From positions 310,001-374,000 of the forward strand of contig CDLV01000011.1 in the NCBI GenBank assembly GCA_001244265.2: a stretch of DNA of 64,000 nt. The letters are read 5' to 3'. The translations under genes and the position numbers were made by a program. Shown piece after piece: positions 1 to 8,590 of this stretch. The first letter of the stretch is position 1; every line of letters begins with the position of its first letter. The notes below the pieces were generated by a model that was not told the DNA's origin, ran no database searches, and saw only the letters and a list, made by a program, of their open reading frames with translations. This DNA comes from Microbotryum violaceum (Eukaryota).

Positions 1-278
1 ACGTTGTACTGACCTGTCAATACGTCGTTTAAACGCAGGCACGATCATGGAAATCGGACCCACATTGTACTCCCCCCCATCCCAACCCTTGTCCGATCCG
101 ATCTCGGGTCTGTGCGACACGCTCGAGGCGATCGAGGAGCAACGGTTCAACCTCGCGACGTCACTCGACCCATCCGAGTCCAACCTCGAAAAGCTACGCG
201 ACGCAGTTCTGAATGTTTCGGACGTAGGGTCTCCGTCTCGTTCAGAGTCCCCATTCAGCAATTCTATCATACTCTCCG
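1..278 (+). repeat. Left arm of a long inverted repeat (pairs with 1298-1575; may extend left of the window)
   Basis: 1-278 is the reverse complement of 1298-1575. The same peptide MEIGPT...SNSIILS is read on both strands. Confidence 0.95.
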
Positions 279-1297
279 GATACCTCGCCAAACGGCCCGA
301 CATAGTGCGAGGTTCGGCGTCGCTCACCGCTTTGGGGCCACAATACGTTTCCTTGACCGACAAGACCATGTGGACGGCCATGGGCGAGATATCGTCGACT
401 CGGCCCTCGATTCCACTTGTCTACCTTCGGGGTTTTCCTGCTATTGTTAGAGAGCACCTCGAGTACTCGCTCGTGTTCGAGAATAAGTTCCCGGGTTCCG
501 CTTTGGAAGAGAGGCTCTTCCGCAAGCGCCTCGAAGGACTTGACCTCGACCTCGTCGTAAGCCGCTTCTACGTGGGCTGGACGACACGCGATGTGATCTT
601 ACGAGCCCAAGAAGATCAAGAATTGATCAAAAAGGACGAACTGGGCACCCAGTTCGGTAACTACATTTCGTCGATCGGTCGAGGCCGCGTAAACGACTTC
701 AACATCTTCATTCTCAACCTTCCCTCGACAACGATTCATCGATCTCAAGCGCGCCAACTCACGGAACAGTTCGAGGCCTTCTTCATCGCACTTCTCGGGC
801 ATGCAAGCCTGAACTCGGCTTCTGGGGGAACGACGACGAGATGGACGGCGGACAACGGCCTCTTCCGCTGGCGTGACATCATCTCTGCCCCACTCGTTGC
901 GCAGGCGCAAGTAGAGGTCATCGAGGCCGCGGACTCACTCGCAGAAGAATCATGGCCCCTCACGCAAGCCGATCGAGATACCGCCAACCGTCGTGCGAGC
1001 CACGAGTTCGAGACCGCCGTTCGTAACCACTTCCAGGACTTCAAAGAATACTTTGAAAATAAACGCATCGCTCTCGTCGACCCTCAGAACGTGCAAATCA
1101 CGCCGGCTTACTTCGAGCAGTTAGTCCTTGCAGCGTGCGCGGTGCCGTTCAACCGCTTTGGGCAGATCATCACCATGAACGTGTTCGAGGTGCCACCCGC
1201 GAGCGAGTTCAACGGCGTGACCCGTTTTTTTTGGCGATGATCCTGGTGCTATGCGCGAGTGGTCGAGCGACATCGATCTCCGAATGGAGCGAGGTGT
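47..1297 (+). CDS. GIY-YIG-like endonuclease domain protein, probably an internal exon, 3'-truncated at the inverted-repeat junction
   Basis: The 397-aa ORF has ordered motifs LVY..., FYVGWT, R-AQED and EQFEAFFIALLGHASLNSASGG, matching the GIY/YIG/R/E/LN pattern. A branch site (tactgac) and cag acceptor lie at 7-38. The ORF stop at 1240 follows a T8 run; removing one T extends the reading to the junction at 1297. Confidence 0.5.
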
Positions 1298-1575
1298 CGG
1301 AGAGTATGATAGAATTGCTGAATGGGGACTCTGAACGAGACGGAGACCCTACGTCCGAAACATTCAGAACTGCGTCGCGTAGCTTTTCGAGGTTGGACTC
1401 GGATGGGTCGAGTGACGTCGCGAGGTTGAACCGTTGCTCCTCGATCGCCTCGAGCGTGTCGCACAGACCCGAGATCGGATCGGACAAGGGTTGGGATGGG
1501 GGGGAGTACAATGTGGGTCCGATTTCCATGATCGTGCCTGCGTTTAAACGACGTATTGACAGGTCAGTACAACGT
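1298..1575 (-). repeat. Right arm of the inverted repeat; truncated second copy of the GIY-YIG-like gene 5' part
   Basis: ORF 1209..1529(-) is identical to the N-terminus of ORF 47..1240(+) up to IILS. Confidence 0.95.
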
Positions 1576-1987
1576 CACGAGCGTGGGACCGGACTCGTAC
1601 GCCCAGGCCTGTCGCGATTTGGCCGACCAGACAGCGATCGAAATCCACCACCTGTGCCCCAAGTCGGTCACTCACCACCTTAAGCTCGATGCGCCATCCG
1701 CCAGCGCCTTGAAGAGAGTCCCGATATCTTCGATAGCAGTTACGAGTGGTATGTGCAAGGTGAGGGTGTGGCCGACTTGCCCCCCCCTGCATGGCTAGGC
1801 ACCTACACCACTCCACTCGTAGCAGCTATTGACTGCAACTCACACCAGTCCGAGTAGTGGGTGGGTTGCGTTGACCGAGCCTGCCCGGACCGGAGCGAAC
1901 GCGGGAACGGGAACGGGAACGAGAACGAGAACGGCAGTGGCGGCGGCGGACGGACAATCCGATGCGGCGTTCCTTGCGGACCCTCAA

Positions 1988-2230
1988 GCGTAGTTGGTCC
2001 CCCCCGAAAAGCATGACAATTCTTACGATAAACGAAGAGTAATGTATATACTCCGAGGGAGATATGGCCGAGCGGTCTAAGGCGCAGCGAAGGATGAAGG
2101 AGCGATAGATGAGTCGCGATTTGGACCTACGAAAAGCATGACGATCCCTACGAGAAACGAAAAGTAGTGTATATACTCCACCGGAGATATGGCGCATCGA
2201 AGGATGAGGGAACGCAGCTGAATGAACGGT
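1988..2230 (+). repeat. Degenerate ~125-130 bp tandem duplication, each unit with a tRNA-Leu 5' fragment
   Basis: The motif series gaaaagcatgac..tacga.aaacgaa.agta.tgtatatactcc..ggagatatggc..gca.cgaaggatga.gg occurs twice (from ~2006 and ~2131). Confidence 0.85.
2058..2088 (+). pseudogene. tRNA-Leu 5'-half fragment
   Basis: GGAGATATGGCCGAGCGGTCTAAGGCGC is identical to the first 28 nt of the tRNA at 7968, followed by AGC. There is no anticodon, T-arm or 3' acceptor strand. Confidence 0.85.
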
Positions 2231-2245
2231 TTTGTTCGTGTTCGA

Positions 2246-3666
2246 TTTTTTTTTGGTAAAAAAACATTTTTTTTTTTGTTTAACTGGGCTCATAAATTAC
2301 GATCCTTCGGGTTGGCTGGGACCGCTACAAAAAGAGCTAAAAGAGGTAATAAAGCAACGACGACAAGCAGCTGGGTGAAAATCAAACCCCTGCGCGCAAC
2401 GAGTGCTGCGCAGATCAAAACCCGCCGAGCACCTAACGCGGACTCCAACGAGCGGTGAGTACTGCTGCCGCTTCACAACCCAAGATCGGGAGCGAAGATA
2501 CTCGAAAACCAGGCAAGAGTGCCTAGGAAAAGAAAGGGACAATATACAAAAAGTCACGAACGGGAACACGGAGAAAGGAAAATACTAAAACAAGGGTAAA
2601 GGAGGGGGAGGAGGGGGGGACACACCCGAGGGACCAAGAAAGGGGTCGAAGCCAGGGATAGAGGTCCCCAAAGACTAACAGGCCGCAGCCAAGCCCCAGC
2701 TACTCGTCACCCCGACAGCGCCTGATGGCCCTCCTTGGCTGAGTCTCGAGTGCTGGCTGTTGAGCCGTCGGAAGTCGGGCAAAAAAAACGATCCAATAAA
2801 ACGAACGAGCCTTCTTCCCGATCCACGCCGTAACGACCATTCCATGCGACGAGATCCATCAAGCGGCTTGGAGGGAAAGGGGAAGGTGGCTGAAGCACAG
2901 TCAACATCCGAGCGAGACACATGGGAAAAGAGAATGGAAAAGGGGGAGAGAGAGGAGATATATATAAGAAACAGGGGCACTTCACATAGCATCCAAAAAA
3001 CGATTGACCCTGCTTGCCGATCCAACATCCAAAACAAAGATTGCCACTGGGCAAAAGAAAGGAAGAGAGGTGCGCAGCCTTCCACTGCGCAACAAGTTTC
3101 GAGACAGTCAGCTTCCAAAATGAAAGTCGACCTTGGAAAAGGAAGAAAGAGAGAGAGAAAAGAGGGAAGGAAGGAAGGAAAGACTTAACTCGGTCATCAC
3201 ACCTCCCAATCTCGAGCCCCAGGAACAAAACCCGCCGAGAGAGAAAATCTCGCTTGAACGCTCTAAGTGCACTGGGGATCGAGGGAGGGGCCACGACGCG
3301 ATCCTTCTCGAACCGCTGGTGGACGTGCCAGCGCAGCAAGTGCAACCGCTGGAACCCAATCGCACAAGCCAACCGAACCCACATCCACTTCGAAGTCGTT
3401 CTCCCACGACCCCGCAAAAGGGGGAGCCCCATAGTCAGCTGCTCCTGGGTGAACGTCGACGGACCGACGTCGGTATCCTCGATGCCGAGCTTGTCGAACA
3501 GGATGCGCAGCACCCCGCTCCAGTAGCTGGCCGAGTACGCGCACCCGAAAAAGTAGTGCGACACCGTCTCGATGACCGCTGCATCGTTGCCACAGAACAG
3601 ACACGACGGCGAAGAAGGGTGGCCCTGGACATGTTGCTTCTTGCGCGTCGGTGTCACATCGTACAT
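2246..3666 (-). mobile_element. Non-LTR retrotransposon copy A (5'-truncated, diverged subfamily)
   Basis: Interrupted poly(T) at 2246-2281 on +. Long 3' UTR homologous to 4314-5267. Encodes the ORF2 C-terminus with the CLFC...ETVSHYFFGC zinc knuckle. Homology to copy B stops at gtacat (3666). Confidence 0.9.
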
Positions 3667-4273
3667 ATATATATATATATATTTATATGTTTTTTTTTTT
3701 TTGTAGAAACTGTTCATCATATTGCCCCCAATTCATGTTCCCCCTGATTGGCCTACGGAAAAAACTAGATGGAAGTCGACGATGATAACACAAACCGCCC
3801 GCAAGATGCGAGAAACGGGCCGGTGTCCACCAATCCGATACTTGGGATTCAAGTGCCCCAGCCAAGCGGTTGCTCCCCCCCAGGAGACGAATGAGAGAGA
3901 GAAGATGAGAGAGAGAAGAAGAGAGAGAGAGAAAGAGAAAGAGTAATAAAATAACTGACTAAAGACAAGAGACCCACCCCGCCGTCACTTCCCAACTCGG
4001 TCGAGACAAAGACAAGAGAGCGACTGCGCAGCTACCCTGACCGGCGAAGTCCCAAGTCTATGCTCGGTCACAACAAGACGCGGTGGAGGCCCCTCAAAAC
4101 CTCCACCTCAGCAGTCCCTGGCCCCTCAAAGCCGACTTTCTGCCTGTGTCTGCTGATCCCTCCCTTGACTCAGAACCCCGAAGCCAAAGAGTGCGAGTCA
4201 CCGTCGAGTCAATCTCAAATCGCGAGCCGGTCCATGAGCAACGAAGGCAGACCTGTAATAGATGAAAGATGAA

Positions 4274-4275
<2 letters not shown>
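3667..4275 (-). mobile_element. Segment D: putative 3' end of a different poly(A)-tailed retroelement
   Basis: (AT)n plus T13 at 3667-3702. Same strand bias (GA-rich on +) as the A/B UTRs. Sits exactly between the 5' end of A and the tail of B. Only patchy similarity to A/B. Confidence 0.5.
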
Positions 4276-4314
<39 letters not shown>

Positions 4315-7300
4315 GACTGGGGCTCATAAATTGCAATCCTTCGGGTTGGCTGGGACCGCTACAAAAAGAGCTAAAGGAGGTTATAAAGCAACGACGGCAA
4401 GCAGTTGGGTGAAAGTCAAACCCCTGCGCGCAAAGAGCGCTGCGCAGATCAAAACCCGCCGAGCACCTAACGCGGACTCCAACGGGCGGTGAGTACTGCT
4501 GCCGCTTCACGTCCCAAGAGCGGGAGCAAAGATACTCGAAAACCAGGCAAGAGCGCCTAGAGAAAGAAGGGGGAGAGTATAGAGAAAGTCACGACTGGGG
4601 ATACGGAGAACCAGGAATACTAAGACAGAGAGGAGGGGAACACACCGAGGGGCCAAGGTAGGGGTCGAAGCCGGAGGTAGAGGTCCCCAGGGACTAACAG
4701 GCCGCAGCCAAGCCCCAGCTACTCGTCACCCCGATAGCGCCTGATGTCCTCCCTTGGCTGAATCTCGAGTGCTGGCTGTTGAGCCGTCGGGGCCGAGAGA
4801 AAAGCGATCCAGTACAACGAAACGAGCCTCGCCTTGACGCGAGGATATTGACCAGAAACGAGCGACCTTCCTTCCCGAGCCATGCCGTAGATCTTGACCA
4901 ACGCGAACGAACGAACCATTCAACGGAATCCAACACACGGCTTAGGAGTAAAAGAAGAAGTGGCTGAAGCGTAGTCAACAACCGAGCAACAGGAACGAGA
5001 AGAGGAAGGGAAGGGAAAAAAAGGGGGGAAAGGAGAGGGAAAAACTTCACAAAGCCTCCAACGCAAAGACAATCGACCTGGCTTGCCGATCCATCCAAGA
5101 ACAAAAAACCGCTACTGCGCAAAGTAGAGAGAGAGAGGGAGAGGTGCGCAGCCTTCCACTGCGCAACAAGTTCCAAGACAGTCAGCTTCTAAAAGAGGAG
5201 TCGACCTCCGAAAAAGAAGGGAGGAAAGGAGGGGAAGAAAATGGGAAGGAACGACTTAACTCGGTCATCACACCTCCCAATCTCGAGCCCCAGGCACAAA
5301 ACCCGCTCGAGAGAGAAAATCTCGCTCGAACGCTCTGAGTGCACTGGGGAGCGAGGGAGGGGCCACGACCTTGTCCAGCTCGAACCGCTGATGAACGCGC
5401 CAGCGGAGCAGGTGCAGCCGCTGGAAGCCGATCGCGCAGGCCAGCCGAACCCACATCCATCTCGAGGTCGTTCTCCCACGACCCGCAAAAGGGGGAGCCC
5501 CATAGTCAGCTGCTCCGGAGTGAACGTCGACGGATCGACGTCGGTATCCTCGATGCCCAGCTTGTCGAACAGAATGCGAAGCACCCCACCCCAGAAGCTG
5601 GTCGAGTACGCGCACTCGAAGAAGTAGTGCGACACCGTCTCGATGACCGCTGCATCGTTGCCGCAGAACAGACACGTCGGCGAAGAGGCATGACCCTGAG
5701 TATGCTGCCTCTTGCGCGTCGGCGTCACGTCGTACATGAGCCGCCAGTGGGTGTCCTGCTCCACAGCAGACGCAAACCGGTCATGAAGCCATCTCCAGAA
5801 GCGCTTCCTATCGCTCTGAGAAGTCCCATCACGGAAACGCTTGACACGATCCTCCCTCCCTGGGAACCGAACCACGTTCACAAGCCGACGAAGCTTGCGA
5901 ATAGTGAACGGTCGGGTGAGCCCAAAGAAGTTGAAGCACCGAGGACGGGGAGCCTCCTTGAGAGGTATCCGAGCAGGTCGCAACGCGGTCTTGGGCAGCA
6001 AGGCTTTCGCCTTGAGCAACTGACCCACGCGCGACCACACGTGCTCGTGCCGTAGGGCGGGTTCCTTAGAGTGCTGCCAGAACCCGCGTCGATGACCAAC
6101 CAGAGCCCAGCCCTTCCCTTCGTCCCTCCAGTACAGGTCCGCGATCTGCGCAAACTTCGCCACTGCGTCCGCATCGTCATATGCGTGCTTGGCACCTTCA
6201 GCATAGAGTGAAGGGAGGCGAGGCGGAAGCGAGAGCAATTCGGGGAGCGTAAGGAGTTCGGACTTGATGGTTGGAACTGTGACCCTGGCAGCTGCAACGA
6301 CTGCCCCCCAGCGCGTCGAGTCGCGATACAGCTTCTCGACCCGAGCCGTGCTGCTGAAGAACCCCCACGGACTGAAATCGCGGGTCGCAGCGACGAGGGA
6401 CCTCCAGCTCTCGCGAGCTAGGGGCGCCCAGATCGCCTCGTTCGAGCCCGCCACAGCATCCCAAAATCGAAGCGCCACCGAATGAACGATGTCGCCGATT
6501 GAAATCAAGCCCAAGCCACCGTCCTCCCGAGCCTGGAACACGAAATCGCGAGCGACGGTATTTCGCCCTGCTCCTCCCCAAACAAAATCCGTAAGTGCTG
6601 TCTCCGCCGCCTTAATGAACCATTGAGGCGGTATGTCGAAGGACAGCACGTGGAGGACCGTCGAGATGATGTGAGCGTTGGCATAGAAGACCTTCCCACT
6701 CGGCGAAAGTGTCCGGTCTCCAGCGGCGCGGGTCTTGGCCTTGATCCTGTCAAGAACATGGGTCCAAAACAGTTTCGAGTCACCGTGGCGAAAGAAGGCA
6801 TAGCCGCACCACTTGAAGCTCTCCCCCTCCTGCACCGTTGGCAGCGCCTGCGCAGTCTCGTCCCGAAGCCAGTTCGGTCCGAGTGGTAGCACCAGCGTCT
6901 TGTCCGTGTTGGTCTTCCCGTTGGTTGCCTCGTACCACGTCTGCGACAGCGTTTCCAGCTTCGACAATGCCGCCGGTGACTCCACCACCACCACAGCATC
7001 GTCGGCAAACGCCAGATGCGTAAGCTGCGCACGCGGCCCCCCTGGCCACACCTTCTGCAGGTCGAGCGCGATCCCGCGCCGAACGAGGGCGTCGAGGAAG
7101 GGCTGGAACGTGATGTTCCAAACCGGGCACGAGAGGGGATCCCCCTGACCGAGACCACACAGCAACCGCACCAACTCCGTGGGGAACCCATTGATGAGGT
7201 AGCGCACCCCAGAGTCTCGGGATCGTACAGAGCGCGCAGCAGGGAAATGAAACGCTCACCAAAGCCAAAGGCCTCGAAGACGTCGAAGATCCATGCGTGA

Positions 7301-7382
7301 TCGACCCGATCGTACGCGCTCTGCTGATCCAAGGACAAGAGGGCGCCCTCGGGGAAAACTTCAGTGCCTAGCGACTTAGTGA
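4276..7382 (-). mobile_element. Non-LTR retrotransposon copy B (L1/Tx1-like, 5'-truncated inside the RT domain)
   Basis: T38 tail at 4276-4313, ~950 bp 3' UTR, and an RT ORF2 fragment. Confidence 0.95.
5268..7370 (-). pseudogene. LINE ORF2 fragment: reverse transcriptase plus C-terminal CCHC zinc finger; two -1 frameshifts (~7208, ~5482)
   Basis: Motifs SLDQQSAYDRVDHAW..FGFG, GLGQGDPLSC, HLAFADD, GGLGL and CLFC..ETVSHYFFEC are typical of L1/Tx1-clade RTs. Confidence 0.92.
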
Positions 7383-7903
7383 TTTTTTTTTTTTTTTTTT
7401 AGTGATTTTTTTTTGTAGCGATTTTTTTTTTTTTTGACTGGGGCTCATAAATTGCAATCCTTTGGGTTGGCTGGGACCGCTACAAAAAGAGCTAAAGGAG
7501 GTTATAAAGCAACGACGGCAAGCAGTTGGGTGAAAATCAAACCCCTGCGCGCAAAGAGCGCTGCGCAGATCAAAACTCGCCGAGCACCTAACGCGGACTC
7601 CAACGGGCGGTGAGTACTGCTGCCGCTTCACATCCCAAGAGCGGGAGCAAAGATACTCGAAAACCAGGCAAGAGCGCCTAGAGAAAGAAGGGGGAGAGTA
7701 TACAGAAAGTCACGACTGGGGATACGGAGAACTAGGAATACTAAGACAGAGAGGAGAGGAACACACCCGAGGGGCCAAGGTAGGGGGTCGAAGCCGGAGG
7801 TAGAGGTCCCCAGGGACTAACAGGCCGCAGCCAAGCCCCAGCTACTCGTCACCCCGACAGCGCCTGATGTCCTCCCTTGGCTGAATCTCGAGTGCTGGCT
7901 GTT
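7383..7903 (-). mobile_element. Non-LTR retrotransposon copy C (3' UTR only, nearly identical to B)
   Basis: Punctuated poly(T) at 7383-7435. 7436-7903 matches ~4315-4780 with few differences. Homology ends at ctggctgtt (7903). Confidence 0.93.
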
Positions 7904-7967
7904 AGATCGGGTGCCCAAGGATCGGTATCCTTACGAGCAACTGCGATTGGACCGCACACACTCGAGG

Positions 7968-8045
7968 GGAGATATGGCCGAGCGGTCTAAGGCGCCAGCT
8001 TAAGGTGTTACATTATGTACCACTTGATGGTACAAGTGTGATTCG

Positions 8046-8077
<32 letters not shown>

Positions 8078-8085
8078 TGTCTTCA
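7968..8085 (+). tRNA. tRNA-Leu(AAG) with 38-nt intron (8006-8043)
   Basis: Acceptor stem GGAGATA/TGTCTTC+A. D-arm GCC-GAGCGGTCTAA-GGC. Anticodon arm CCAGC-TT-AAG-G[intron]C-GCTGG. Variable arm TCC-GAAA-GGG. T-arm GTGGG-TTCAAAT-CCCAC. Confidence 0.93.
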
Positions 8086-8590
8086 GAGTTCTTTCCCGCC
8101 CTTCCGGGGAGGCAAAAACTTGTTTTTTTGTGTGTCGGACCGGCTCAAAACGTTGTCCAGCATTCAAAGTGTAACAGGAAGGTGTGCTGACCCTTCTAGA
8201 GCTTCAGTTCTAGAGTTTCAGATTATTTTTGAAGAAAGAGGAGCGAATCAACGCCGCAGGGGCTTCTGTGACGCGGGCCAGCGAGGGGCGCCAACACCAT
8301 CGGCGCAGAAGCCCATTCAAGTTATACGACTCACCTGTTGAAAGCGGCTTTTTTTTGGGGGGGGGGGGGGATTCTCCCTCTTCACAGTTACTAGTTCTTA
8401 TGACACCCATCTCCCTCACTCATTCTTCTTCGGACACCAGAGTCACCTCCCCGCACGTGACCGCGATCCAAGTATCTATCACTCAACCTTCCCAGGGGCG
8501 CGCGCCTCGCAAAAAGCCCCTCCCCCCGCGTGCAGTCCCTTTCTCCTCCACAATCTCCCCGTCACTGCGTCAGTCAGCAAATCTTCTACG

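Noticed and set aside
2297-2569. Recurrent small ORF (KRQQYSP..RCSAGFDLRS..; also at 4094-4510 and 7368-7631) as a real gene
   Set aside because: It lies in the repeated 3' UTR, has no consistent ATG or stop, and runs into the poly(A) tail in B and C.
4314-5267. Hammerhead or HDV ribozyme in the LINE UTR
   Set aside because: I could not build a CUGANGA/GAAA core or an HDV double pseudoknot by eye.
5470-7215. Programmed frameshifting in the LINE RT ORF
   Set aside because: Both shifts are 1-nt losses in short G/C runs, and copy A has the intact run at the ~5482 site. Decay or homopolymer error is simpler.
2230-7920. Classical target-site duplications flanking individual LINE copies
   Set aside because: I compared the sequence beside each tail with that beside each 5' end and found no convincing direct repeat.
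7999-8005. Reading the tRNA anticodon as TAA
   Set aside because: The register set by the D-arm, G26 and the CCAGC/GCTGG stem places TT at 32-33 and AAG at 34-36.
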